Below are positions 1 to 12,229 of a stretch of DNA of 64,000 nucleotides, one piece after another. Source of the stretch: Octopus vulgaris (taxonomy: Eukaryota); assembly GCA_951406725.2 (NCBI GenBank), contig OX597817.1, positions 112,282,001-112,346,000 on the forward strand, read 5' to 3'. Both the position numbers and the translations under genes were made by a program. The stretch's first letter is position 1. Every line of letters starts with the position of its first letter. The notes below the pieces were generated by a model that made no database searches, was not told the origin of the DNA, and saw only the letters and a program-made list of their open reading frames with translations.

Positions 1-223
1 ATATGTATCAAATGAAATAAAATGAAAAACAGGACACTGAGTGAGAAAACGGTATGGACGATTTTTGGGAGTCTAATAGTACCCTGTACGCCTATTTGAT
101 TATGAAGATTTACAAACATACTTTCCCAGTGATACTCGGTTTACCTACCATTATGAATAATACCAAATGTTCTTTCTCAAACCCTTCATAATGTGATACA
201 AGTCTTTGGCGTAGCAATTGCAT

Positions 224-316
224 GCGGCTGAAGAGGGCTTTTAAACTATCTGTTATGTCGATTATGCATTGATGTAAGAATTAGTTGTTTTATAAAGCTC
301 GAAACATGTGTACCGC
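224..316 (+). ncRNA. Type I hammerhead ribozyme with long stem II loop
   Basis: gcgg-CTGAAGA-gggcttt...aaagctc-GAAAC-atgt-GTA-ccgc; stem I gcgg/ccgc; palindromic acatgt in stem III. Confidence 0.72.
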
Positions 317-907
317 GACATCCTTTGTGTCCTGTTTTTCATTTTATTTCATTTGATGTATATATATATATATATATATATGTATATGTATATATTCTTA
401 GTCTTTTATTCTTTTACTTGTTTCAGTCGAGTGCGGCTATGCAGGAGCACCGCCTTTAGTCGAACAAATCGACCCCAGGACTTATTATTTATAAGCCTAG
501 TACTTATTCTATTAGTCTCTTTTGCCGAGATGCTAAGTTACGTGGACATAAACTCACCAACATCGGTTGTGAAGCGATGATTGGGCGGAAAACACAGACA
601 TACAAACACACTTATACATACATATACATATATATATGGGGGGGGGGATTGAAACCGGAGCCATGTGGTTGGGAAGCAAGCTTCTTACCACACAGCCACA
701 CAGCCATATATTTAAAGTATAATTATGAATATAAAATTATAATTAAGGGCGCTGGAGGAACAGCGCCTGTACGCTTGAAACAGACGTCATATATATATAT
801 ATATATATATATACTAAATATACATAAGGATATTATTGCTTACAATAATATCAAGTGGTATAGCATGCGGAAAAAATACCATGAGGTAAAAATTTATTAT
901 TTAATAA

Positions 908-1230
908 TTATGGGCACTACAGGTAGCACTCGTACGCTAAAAATAGTAGTCAGAAGACAACTACAACCACAAATTTTCACTGATATTCAGTAATTGAAGT
1001 TGGGGGAATGAGCAAAAATTCTAACCCCCCTCTAGCTGAGGAGAACTGAGGAGAACTAACTTCCACAAAATTCGAAATCGTAACGATACGAGTATGCCTG
1101 GCTTTTCAATTTACGATTCTGTTTTTGCCATTCTCCGACTTCAATTAATGTGTAATAGTGAAAATTTGTAGCTGTAGCTATTTTCTGACTGCTATTTTTA
1201 GCATGCCGGTGCTACCTGTAGTGCCCTTAA
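908..1230. mobile_element. MITE with about 110-bp imperfect TIRs and TTAA-GGG...CCC-TTAA ends (Kolobok-like)
   Basis: gggcactacaggtagcac... is the reverse complement of ...gtgctacctgtagtgccc-ttaa. Confidence 0.6.
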
Positions 1231-1760
1231 TTATTACCACGCACATATATACGACGGGTCTCTTTCAGTTCCGTACACCAAATCCACTCACAAGACTTTG
1301 GTCAGCCCAAGGCTATAGTAGAAGAAACTTGCACAAAGTGCCCCGCAGTGGGACTAAACCCGGAGCAAACTTCTTACCACACAGCCATATATTTAAATAT
1401 CTAATTATAATTAAGGGTGCTGGAAAGACACCATTCATTCATGTACTCATAAAATTTACTCATCCTTCATGAAGCTCCATAAGACGCGATATAGGGAATG
1501 AAGTATTTAGCAAACCTATTTCTTCCTCTATTAGTAATTAATTATCACCCAGAATTTTCTAAAATCTTTTTCCCCGTCATGCCTAACCCCCCAAACGTTT
1601 TTGGTCTCCCATCATCCTACGCTAAAAATTTCTTTACATATATAAGCGTGAATTATTGTAAAAGTGATCGGTATTTGACACAATAGCTGACGACCAACAT
1701 AATGTAACCCTTAAATTTTCCTTTCTCTTATATTTCTTTGAACCTTGCTATCTATTTCCT

Positions 1761-1849
1761 TATTTGCTGATGAAGGGGACATTGTCAGTGTGAAACTAAA
1801 GGATTCATACTTTGTAGACGAACAGACTCCAGAAACGGCCGTCGAAATA
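1761..1849 (+). ncRNA. Probable (slightly decayed) type I hammerhead
   Basis: tatttg-CTGATGA-...-GAAAC-ggcc-GTC-gaaata; palindromic stem III acggccgt; first pair of stem I mismatched. Confidence 0.5.
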
Positions 1850-2235
1850 CATCTTATATGGTGCTATAGCCCTCTAAAAAAAATTTCTTTAGAACTCTTA
1901 AAACAAATATATCCTTATTATTTCTCTGACTTTTAAATCCATCATTAAGATTTCTTACTGCCGTCGATGTATCTTACAACTTTTAATCATTAATTCAACA
2001 TTTTTAATCTTAAATTTAATATGATTTTTAATCGATGTATCACTCTTTATTTATCCTTTTCACGTATATCTTTACTTCATATATTTCTTATTTCTATTCT
2101 AAATAATATATTGATATGTTCCTTGTCTTGGTATATTTATTGTGTTATACGTATTTATTATGTTGATGTAAATCATAACAATAGGATGATTATCTAAATT
2201 TTGTCTCTTCTTAAACCAAGTTATATATATATATA

Positions 2236-2745
2236 TACTAGCAGCATAGCCCGGCGTTGCCCGGGTATGTAAGAGCCCCTGGTAGGCAACGACTAATCCC
2301 AATCTAGTCCTTTCCCTCTATGGAACGAAGGCGCATGTGTAGGTTGCAATGTCTTCTCTTCACTCCCAAATAACTATCAAACAGCTATCGATAATTCAAC
2401 CCAACCAATTCCTACCAGGAAGAAATTACATTCGAGACTTTACTCCCAACACCGCCACTTCTGCTAATAGCTGCTGCAGCCGCAAGTTATTCAAATCCTT
2501 TTTTTGTTTAAACTAACAGAAAATGTGTTGCATATAAAAAGCTTAGATTCTCAACCCCATGTCAAATTTATCGATTTTTTTCAGAACTGGGGGAACTTTT
2601 CAAAATTTTCGCTGCGTTAGTTTTGAATTATGACATTGGGCTATGTGTGTGTCAAGTTTCTTCAGAATCAGTTGAAAGTCGTGGTCAGGGTGAGGGTACA
2701 ACCTGACAGACACACAGACACACAGACAGACAAACTGCCGTTTTT
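2236..2745 (+). mobile_element. Non-autonomous Helitron/Helentron-like element
   Basis: Starts TACTAG..CCCGGCGTTGCCCGGG hairpin; ends aagtttc..gaatc..acagacagacaaact; related copy at 23735-24133. Confidence 0.6.
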
Positions 2746-2856
2746 ATATATATATATATATAATATATATGTAGGTCCCGGGTTGATTCGGGGTTAACCA
2801 CAGTAAATAAGGTACTCAATACATAGCAGAGTAAAATTAATTTATTATATAGAAGG

Positions 2857-2907
2857 AGCTTCTACAGGACTAGAACTGTTTCATTCAAGAGAAATCTTCA
2901 GGAAGCT
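2857..2907 (-). ncRNA. Type I hammerhead ribozyme (inverted copy of 7237-7287)
   Basis: Reverse complement of the 7237-7287 motif. Confidence 0.75.
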
Positions 2908-3471
2908 AGTTAACAAGAATTGTATTGGCATTTATACATTTAGGCAGGTTTAAAGGGGTGTTGGTGGGGGACTTTTTGGGGGTAGGCATAGCGCAAAATA
3001 TCATACTTGGGGGAGTGATCAAGGAGTCAGTGTTAAATTAGATAGAAGAATAAATAAAAAAATAAAATAAAAAAATATATATATAAAAAAAGGGAATAGA
3101 GTTTTAGGTAAATAAGGGGATTCTCACTTATACCTATGCACATATGTATACATATATACACACACATACAAACATATATACATATACAAACACACATACA
3201 TACACACACACATATATACATATATATACACTTACCCATACATATACATATCTACACATACACATATATGTATACATACACACACTCACATGCATACACG
3301 TATACACACATGTATATATACACACACGACCACACATACATATACACACAGAAAAATATATATACACATATACACACATACTCACATACACGCATACACA
3401 CACATATCCACACACACACATGCACACACAGCACACTAGTCCCTATATACACATATATACACATACACACA

Positions 3472-3930
3472 ACGTCCGATAGCAATTGCAACTGCCCTGA
3501 TAAAACCACCTGCCCCCTCAACAACAACTGCCTACAGAGGGACCTAGTATATACATGCGAGGTAAGATCAGGCCCTGACGATAAAAGAAAATCCTACATC
3601 GGAATGACGTCAAACAGCTTTAAGACCCGTTGGTACGCACACACACACTCGTTCCGGCGACAGGATAAATCCAACCAAACTACCCTCGCCGCCCACATCT
3701 GGTACCTTAAAAGGAACTCCATCCCCTTCAAGACCAAGTGGAAACTACTACAGAAGGCGCGCTCGTACACAGGAGGCCATACCTGCTGTGACCTCTGCAT
3801 ATCGGAGAGCCTAGAGATCTTGTTCGCCAAAGGCCCTCTCCTTAACAAAATCTCAGAACACTCCCCAAATTGCATGCATAAGAAGTATGCGAACTACAAG
3901 AACTATAGACCTACCCGGCAACCAGATTGA
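3472..3930 (+). pseudogene. Penelope-type GIY-YIG endonuclease domain (open frame, 5' truncated, no RT)
   Basis: CNC...CPL...C linker, LVYTCEV...SYIGMT..FKTRW..H..SF, CDLCISE...LLNK..E; sequence upstream of 3472 is microsatellite from the inverted arm. Confidence 0.88.
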
Positions 3931-4009
3931 TGACACCCCACCCACAAACCCCCCAATCCCACCGTTCCCCTAGCACCCCCGATTACCTTTTCTCCTAAGA
4001 CCTTTCACA

Positions 4010-4151
4010 TATTGTATGTGCACGCTTGTATATGTGTATCGTATATATGTATAGAAATGTATGGGTATAGTAGGAATATACGCATGTATTATGTGCGTGT
4101 GTGTGTGTATGTATGTAAAAAATATATATATATATATATATATGTATGTGC

Positions 4152-4184
<33 letters not shown>

Positions 4185-4560
4185 TATATGTATATATGTA
4201 TATATGTATATATGTGTGTATGCATATGTATGTGTATATGTATGTGTGTATGTATGTGTATGTATGTATAAAATATTATATAATTAGGACTTAGTAAAAT
4301 AAATTACTTTGCCACATACTGAACTTTCTAGAAATAGCAGCCAAAAAAGTTTTTTAGCCTCTTCCACTACTTAGAGAATATTTTCCCTCAGACATTGTTT
4401 ACTCATAAAAATAATGGTCCTTTTACATACTGAATACTTGGTGAAATTGATTAATAACTAATTAACTTTACCCTCAATTGTTGATATATGTATGTGTGTG
4501 TATATATATGTATATGTATATATATATATGTACATGTATGTATATGTGTATGTATGTATG

Positions 4561-4615
<55 letters not shown>

Positions 4616-4850
4616 GTATGTGTGTGTATATGTGTATTATGTATATATTTATATATATATATATATGTATATGTATATGTATGTGTGTGTGTATATGTAC
4701 ATATGTGTATATATATGAGTGTACGCGAGTATGTCGATGTATATGTAGGTATGTAGAGTTATGTGTATGTGCATGTATGTGAGTGTAGATACAAATTGTA
4801 GATGTGTATATATATGTGTGTGTATATATACATGTATATAGGTATATGTA

Positions 4851-4889
<39 letters not shown>

Positions 4890-5130
4890 GCGAGTATGTA
4901 GAGATATAAGTATGTGCATGTGTATATATATGTGTGTGTATATATATGTATAGGTATGTGTATGTGTATGTATGTATATATATATGTGTGTGTGTGTATG
5001 TATGCATATATGTATGTATGTATGTATATGTGTATGTATATATGTGTGTAAGTGGGTGTATATATGTATATGTAAGTGTGTGTGCGTGTATGAGTATGTA
5101 TGTATGTTTGCACACATGTATATGTGTGTG

Positions 5131-5173
<43 letters not shown>

Positions 5174-5378
5174 ATATATATATATATATGTATATGTGTG
5201 TGTGTATATATATGTGTGTATGTGTATGTATGTATGTATATATATGCGTGTGTATGCGTATGTGTATATGTACATATACGTGTACGCTCGTGTGTTCATG
5301 TATATGTAGGTACGTAGAGTTATCTATGTGTGTATGTATTTGTACATGTGTGTAAGTATGTATATATATATGTGTGTA

Positions 5379-5475
<97 letters not shown>

Positions 5476-5849
5476 AAGTTTATATGTATGTATCCGTCTA
5501 TATAATAGGTAACTGCACGTATATATATTTAATATTTATTATTTATTTTTTGAGTATGCATGTATGAATAACTGCGCGTATATATATTTTACTATTTACT
5601 TATTTTTTGAGTATGCATGTAAGTATGAATATAAGGAGGCGCGTGTGTGTGTGTGTGTATGTGTAAGCATAGATATATGTATACTTTTATGCATGTGTGT
5701 ACTTATGTGTATATATGGATGCGCGTGTGTGTGTGTGTGTACGGGTACGCATGTACATGTGTATGTGCGTGTATGTATATGAGTATGTATGTATGTGTGT
5801 GCGTATATTTGTATATGTATGTATGTATATGTATGTGTGTGTATGTATA

Positions 5850-5901
<52 letters not shown>

Positions 5902-5903
5902 GT

Positions 5904-5934
<31 letters not shown>

Positions 5935-6134
5935 ATGTATATGCGTATGTGTATGTATTTGTATGTGTATGCATGCGCGTATATATATGTATGTATATGT
6001 ATACGTGTGGGTGTGTGTATGTGTATAAATGTATGTATGTATGGATGTATGGATGTATGTATGTATGTATACGTATGTATGTGTATGTGTGTATATGTAT
6101 GTATGTGTATGTGTGTATATATATGTATATATGT

Positions 6135-6174
<40 letters not shown>

Positions 6175-6188
6175 ATATATATGTGAAT

Positions 6189-6222
<34 letters not shown>

Positions 6223-6290
6223 ATTTGTATGTAGGTGTATATGTATGTGTGTGTATTTATATTTATTGGTGTATATGTATAGACTAGCCT
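4010..6290. repeat. Long compound (TA/TG) microsatellite region inside the Penelope-like element; similar tracts at 11697-12378 and (CATA)n at 33465-33860
   Basis: Direct reading; source of the Y/I/H/T/V/C-rich spurious ORFs. Confidence 0.95.
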
Positions 6291-7236
6291 TCTAAGAGTG
6301 TAGACATGAATCTGTAGGTACGCGTACGTATGTGTATATACGTGAATGTATGGAGATGTATGTATGTATGAATATAACGCGTGCGTGCGTGTATGTGTAT
6401 GAGTGTACGAATGAGTGAGTGTACGTGCTAAAGAGTGTGCGTGAGTGAATGAGTGCTTGTTTTCCAGTAGACAGATAAATGGACTGGCTGTCATAGCCAA
6501 GATGTTTGTGACCAGCGGTCAAAGATAACAAAAGTAATAAATGAAGATAATAAAATTAAAATTAGGGAATGGGTCTGTATTTGTATGTGTATATATATGT
6601 GTGTATGTGTAGGTATGCATAGGTACACATATGTATATATATGTATGTATATGTATGTGTGTGTATATGTATGTGTGTATGTGTATATATGTGTATATAG
6701 GGACTAGTGTGCTGTGTGTGCATGTGTGTGTGTGGATATGTGTGTGTATGCGTGTATGTGAGTATGTGTGTGTATGTGTATATATATTTTTCTGTGTGTA
6801 TATGTATGTGTGGTCGTGTGTGTATATATACATGTGTGTATACGTGTATGCATGTGAGTGTGTGTATATATCCATATATGTGTATGTGTAGATATGTATA
6901 TGTATGGGTAAGTGTATATATATGTATATATGTGTGTGTGTATGTATGTGTGTTTGTATATGTATATATGTTTGTATGTGTGTGTATATATGTATACATA
7001 TGTGCATAGGTATAAGTGAGAATCCCCTTATTTACCTAAAACTCTATTCCCTTTTTTTTATATATATATTTTTTTATTTTATTTTTTTATTTATTCTTCT
7101 ATCTAATTTAACACTGACTCCTTGACCACTCCCCCAAGTATGATATTTTGCGCTATGCCTACCCCCAAAAAGTCCCCCACCAACACCCCTTTAAACCTGC
7201 CTAAATGTATAAATGCCAATACAATTCTTGTTAACT

Positions 7237-7287
7237 AGCTTCCTGAAGATTTCTCTTGAATGAAACAGTTCTAGTCCTGTAGAAGCT
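7237..7287 (+). ncRNA. Type I hammerhead ribozyme in Penelope pseudo-LTR
   Basis: agcttc-CTGAAGA-tttctcttgaat-GAAA-cag ttctagtc ctGTA-gaagct: stem I agcttc/gaagct, stem III acag/ctgt, GUA site. Confidence 0.75.
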
Positions 7288-7292
7288 CCTTC

Positions 7293-7357
<65 letters not shown>

Positions 7358-7601
7358 CTATTATGCAAAAGTGTCGAGTCCAAAACGTTGCTTTTTCAGA
7401 AAACGACAAAATAGTTTCGCCATTCCATAGCAAAACCGTTGTACTACACTTTGACAATCTTTGATATCTTAGCATCTGGAGTAGCTGGAGATACGATAGT
7501 TTAATCGAAAGAACAGCCTAGTGCAAGCAAAAATTAATATTGAAAAAAAAAAGCGCATTTGGCCAAATTTGAACAGACGACAGTTTAAAATAATAGTAAC
7601 G

Positions 7602-7692
<91 letters not shown>

Positions 7693-8302
7693 TACATATA
7701 TAGTCATTTACTTGTTTCAGTTATTCGACTGCGGCCATGCTGGAGCACTGCCTTTAGTCGAACAAATCGACCACACGACTTATTCTTTGTAAGCTGAGTA
7801 TTCTATCGGTCACTTTTGCTGAACCCCTAAGTTACGGGGACATAAACACACCAACATCGGTGTGTCAAGCGATGGTTGGGGACAAACACAGACACACAGA
7901 TACACACACTTACACGCACCCCTACTTACATACACATACGAACGCAGACATACATTCACAACTAACAGTGTAATACTACTCTAGTTATTTGCAAGTTAGA
8001 TAAATATGGTTTTGTAATCCTTTAGAATTTGTGAGTGGTTTGTTGAATACTAGCTTTTTCTTTTAATAATTTAGTCAAGCGGAGCAAAAGTAGCATCCGA
8101 AACTGGCACTAGCGATAAGAGAAAGGAGGAGGTAGGTTAACCGCGGAGACCCGGACCGAACACTTCTAAAAGAGTATATTCCGCCAAAAGCCAAATAAAG
8201 GTATTAAAGGAGGTGACAGGATGTCTTCCTCCCACTGCATAGTTAACTGGCATAATATATCCTTCATTATTCAACTGGTCATTTTTTTTAAACAACTTTT
8301 AA

Positions 8303-8515
8303 GGCGGTGAGCTGGCAGAATCGTTTGCACGCCGAGTGAGATACTTAGCGTTATGTCGTCCGTTGCTGCGCTCAGAGTTCAAATTCCGCCGAGATCCACT
8401 TTGCCTTTCATCCTTTCGGGGTTGATGAAAAGAATACCAGTCGAGCACTGTGATCGATGTAATCGACTATCCCCACACCTCCCCCAATTTTAGGCCTTCT
8501 GCCCATAGTAGAAAA
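8303..8515 (+). mobile_element. tRNA-derived SINE family A; other copies at about 17131-17345(-), 20301-20510(+), 25392-25603(-), 47762-47970(-), 59187-59356(-), 59712-59845(+)
   Basis: aaggcggtgagctggcagaa...gagttcaaattcc (A/B boxes) then gcctttcatcctttcggggt.gat..aa..ataccag; multiple copies in window. Confidence 0.8.
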
Positions 8516-8612
8516 TATTATTTTAAACACCCCTGAAAAAATGAAAATAAAAGTTAACTTGATTTATAAGAATCTAAAATGTATTGTTTTTCTTTTTCTT
8601 TCCTTTCTTCAG

Positions 8613-9124
8613 GTTATCAAGGTTGTTATAAAGAGGCGAAATATGACAGAGCGTTTCCCATTTCCCCGGGAGACTATGACCAAGCGTCGATCTCAGTTAT
8701 CACGTGTGCGGCAGCTTGCGGAGAAATCATAGAGCCATATGCAGCTTTGTCTGGTGGCAAGTTCTGTTTCTGCGGAAGTAATCAACCAGCTTTGGCTAAC
8801 CTAGACAACGCTGCTTGTACAGAATCTTGTTTGAACAACCCTGCTGAGAAATGCGGAGACAGCGAGCACGTTAGTGTTCACGACTCGGCGCAACATATAA
8901 CCAAATTGTCTTTATCAGTTGCTTCGAAAGTCGATAGCGATGTTTCATTCTCTGTTGCTGCCGAACCTTCTTCGATAGATATGGTTTATTCAATGAATTA
9001 TGGTGATATTGGTGATAACATGCAGAGTGAAAAAAATTTAACGGGCCTATTCAATCGGCATTATGTTCTTCCTGGAAACTTCACTGCCACTTTGTTTGGT
9101 GAAGGACGCGATAATTCAGCACCT
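8613..9124 (+). CDS. PKD1: Polycystin-1-like exon A (first in window): WSC domain plus first PKD domain; splice phase 1 to 0
   Basis: Polypyrimidine tract ...ttcag| acceptor and cct|gtgagt donor. GYQGCY..C...C...YAAL..G..CFCG...C...C..N..EKCG is a WSC pattern, followed by PKD-like MNYGD...HYVLPGNFTATL. Confidence 0.9.
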
Positions 9125-9255
9125 GTGAGTAAAACTTGATTTGTTTCAACCTTTTTTAATTTTAGTACAGATCTACATTTAAAAGATTAGGAATTATGTT
9201 CATTATTTACATTATTTACCTTTGATGGATATTTGTCCTCATCTTATTTGTTGTT

Positions 9256-9301
9256 AACACAACGTTTCGGCTGACATACCCTCCAACATTCATCAGGTGT
9301 C
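9256..9301 (-). ncRNA. Minimal type I hammerhead (left arm)
   Basis: Minus strand reads acac-CTGATGA-atgttggagggtatgtcagcc-GAAAC-GTT-gtgt. Confidence 0.6.
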
Positions 9302-9354
9302 TTGGAGAGACTTCGAATCCGGGTTCTCATTCCTAAGGTATTATACGATGTTGC

Positions 9355-9411
<57 letters not shown>

Positions 9412-9413
<2 letters not shown>

Positions 9414-9480
9414 TCACTGCCTGGAATCGAACTCGGAATCTTGTGGTTAGTAGCCCGCGCTCTTACCCACTACGCCATAT
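9412..9480 (-). promoter_or_regulatory. tRNA-derived Pol III internal promoter (SINE-type head), not a functional tRNA
   Basis: Minus strand TGGCGTAGTGG (A box), anticodon-arm-like gcggg ctactaa ccaca, GAGTTCGATTCC (B box); acceptor stem incomplete. Confidence 0.7.
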
Positions 9481-9510
9481 TCCATATACGTTCGATTTCA
9501 GGCAGTGACT

Positions 9511-9547
<37 letters not shown>

Positions 9548-9558
9548 CAACAACAACA

Positions 9559-9616
<58 letters not shown>

Positions 9617-9677
9617 CAACAACAACAACATCGAAAAATACCTTAGGAATGAGAACCTAGGTTCGAAATCTCCGCAA

Positions 9678-9723
9678 GACACCTGATGAAAGCTGGAGGG
9701 TATATCAGTCGAAACGTTGTGTT
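9678..9723 (+). ncRNA. Minimal type I hammerhead (right arm)
   Basis: gacac-CTGATGA-aagctggagggtatatcagtc-GAAAC-GTT-gtgtt; stem III reduced to palindrome aacgtt (dimer-type). Confidence 0.65.
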
Positions 9724-9787
9724 AACAACAAACAAGATGAGGACAAATATCCGTCAAATGTCGAATGTAAATAATATACTTTTATAT

Positions 9788-10159
9788 TCACTCTTTTACT
9801 TGTTTCAGTCATTTGACTGCGGCCATGCTGGAGCACCGCCTTTAATCGAGCAACTCGACCCCGGGACTTATTCTTTGTAAGCCTAGTACTTATTCTATCG
9901 GTCTCTTTTGCCGAACCGCTAAGTGACGGGGACGTAAACACACCAGCATCGGTTGTCAAGCAATGCTAAGGGGACAAACACAGACACACAAACATACACG
10001 CATACACACATATATATATACACATATATACGACGGGCTTCTTTTCAGTTTCCGTCTACCAAATCCACTCGGCCCGAGGCTATAGTAGAAGACACTTGCC
10101 CAAGGTGCCACGCACTGGGACTGAACCCGGAACCATGTGGTTGGTAAGCAACCTACTTA
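9788..10159 (-). mobile_element. tRNA-derived CORE-type SINE family B; other copies at about 403-705(-), 1245-1387(-), 7706-7900(-), 25710-26235(-), 32147-32532(+), 33870-34020(-), 42335-43035(+), 49455-49865(+), 54060-54215(+), 55060-55270(-)
   Basis: tggctgtgtggtaag...ggttcagtccc, CORE-like accttgggcaagtgtctt, internal microsatellite, tail ...gactgaaacaagtaaaagag. Confidence 0.82.
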
Positions 10160-10849
10160 CCACACAGCCACTCCTGCGCATGTGGAATGTTTCCTTTCAT
10201 TTTGTTAATACGTAACAATATTTGCTCTACATACTGAACAATGCATTTACAAAACCTGCAAGAAACAATTAAAAATTCCCTCAGATGACACCTTGTGATT
10301 TAACCCCCCCCTCCAAAAAAAAAAAAAACGAAAAGAAATAATGTAAGTATACATTGGAGGTAATGTGATCCTGGATACATTATTTGAAAGAAAATTTAAA
10401 ATTAGAAGAAAAATGGGTGGATGGTTACACTGAAATGCCTTTGATCATATGTCTGCTTTACAAGTTTGATCCGAAGCTAAACAACAATAACTTAACCTAA
10501 AATTGCATCACGATTAGCCAAAATGATAACTTTTCTCTGCACATTATATTTCTGTAGGTCCATTTATGCTTACTGCATATCAATAAGATATACACTTCTT
10601 ATCTTTTGCAAAATGTAATTTTCTCTTCAAAGAGAGATTAGATTTCGTGCAGCCGATGCCAAGATGTTTCGTCTTGACTTCTCAATGCATTCACTCTCTG
10701 TCTCCTTAAATTTGTGCTCACTGTTGTAACGAGCTTGAATTTATTTGCAAAATTACAAAATAGTTGTGCTAATCTAAATGTCTTGCAAACAACAATGCAA
10801 GTGCTACCAGTCGAAAGCTCCACATGCCAGGAGAGAATGCGCGCCGTTT

Positions 10850-11200
10850 CGGGGCCTACCTCTTGACAGCATCATTGCGTACCGGCTTCCCACCCTCACT
10901 GATATGAGCCCCACCTCTTGCTAGATCAACTGGTTATCAAATAAAGCTCAGTATTCTTCTAGCCATCGCTCATCGTCTCTTTTTTACCAAATCCAGTGAC
11001 CTTTTCTACTGTAGCTTGGATAGCGGTCATGGTGGTATTTACTTTACGATGAGTTAGGCCTAGCGTTAACAGCAGTCGCCTCACACTGTGTCCAACAGAT
11101 CCTCTACATCCGACTTCGAGTAGAAAATGCTCCGCTTTCCAGCCTGCATCTTCACATTCATAGAGGAGCCTGAGCGGCGTCTATGTTATCTTCATGAGGA
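10850..11200 (-). mobile_element. 3' fragment of an RLE-type (Hero-like) non-LTR retrotransposon
   Basis: Minus strand ECEDAGWKAEHFLLEVGCRGSVGHSVRRLLLTLGL matches the EVGxRG C-terminal motif. Confidence 0.6.
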
Positions 11201-11694
11201 ACCGTTAACTAGATTTACCACTTTCTTTCACACTCCATTAAAATGTCCGGTGTTTTCGTGACTGGGATAGGAAAGAGTCCCTGGAACCCTGAAAAATCTG
11301 CAGCCACCTCAGAAGAGCCGTTCCACATTTCATTGCTCACAGAAGGTTTCTTCTTCATCTTCTTCTTGAAACGGATCTGTTGTCCTAAACGCATGATGGT
11401 AATGAAATCTGTAGTTGATACTTTCAACGGGTTTTTTTCCACTGTTGATAAGATTTATATAAAGTTTGTATCTCTGTCTGTTCCCAATGCATTCTCAAAC
11501 AGCTCAACCAAATCAAATCAAATTTTACATGGTAATAGTGTCACACCCCAGGAGTGTTAACATGTAATTTTTTGGGATTAAAACAATGCAGCATTGGCAC
11601 TGGTTCCGTATTACGTCTCAAAAATCGAAAAATAAAAGTGAAACCTTCGACGGAGTAAGTTATAAATAGTCTCACTTTTATACTGTTTCATTAC

Positions 11695-11750
<56 letters not shown>

Positions 11751-12041
11751 GTATATGCATCTCTTTGTATATATGTATATATTTGTATGTATATATGTGT
11801 ATATATATGTGTATATATATGTATGTATATATATGTATATATATGTATATCTTTGTATATATGTATATGTATGGATATATATATATGTGTATATATTTAT
11901 ATATATTTATGTATGCATGTATATATGTGTATATAAATATATATGTATGCATATATGTATATATATATACATGTATATAAGTGTATATATATATGTATAT
12001 ATATGTATGTATATATGTATATCTTTGTATATATGTATGTG

Positions 12042-12087
<46 letters not shown>

Positions 12088-12119
12088 TATATTTATATAT
12101 GTATATGAATATATATATA

Positions 12120-12163
<44 letters not shown>

Positions 12164-12195
12164 CATGTGTATATATGTGTATATATATGTGTATA

Positions 12196-12229
<34 letters not shown>

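Larger units (their letters stand above)
2771..7300 (+). mobile_element. 5'-truncated Penelope-like element: GIY-YIG domain, microsatellite-filled 3' region and pseudo-LTR, with an inverted pseudo-LTR copy at the 5' end
   Basis: About 630 bp near-identical inverted repeat (2844-3471 vs 6672-7300); GIY-YIG frame at 3472-3930; hammerhead in each arm; flanked by (TA)n on both sides. Confidence 0.85.
9166..9776. mobile_element. Fold-back non-coding element: tRNA-like head + (AAT)n + hammerhead body, in head-to-head inverted arrangement
   Basis: Left arm about 9205-9432 is the reverse complement of right arm 9490-9776; tRNA-like A/B boxes on the minus strand at 9412-9480; hammerhead in both arms. 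Confidence 0.8.

Noticed and set aside
3136-3471. His/Thr/Tyr-rich N-terminus fused in frame to the GIY-YIG domain
   Set aside because: It is the inverted pseudo-LTR microsatellite; the in-frame fusion is most simply coincidental
3995-7125. Dozens of long ORFs rich in Y/I/H/T or V/C/M (also 11611-12489 and 33350-33940)
   Set aside because: They are translations of TA/TG/CATA microsatellites, which lack stop codons; no domain content
9412-9480. Functional tRNA gene
   Set aside because: Acceptor and anticodon stems are imperfect and it is embedded in a repeat; treated as a SINE-type head
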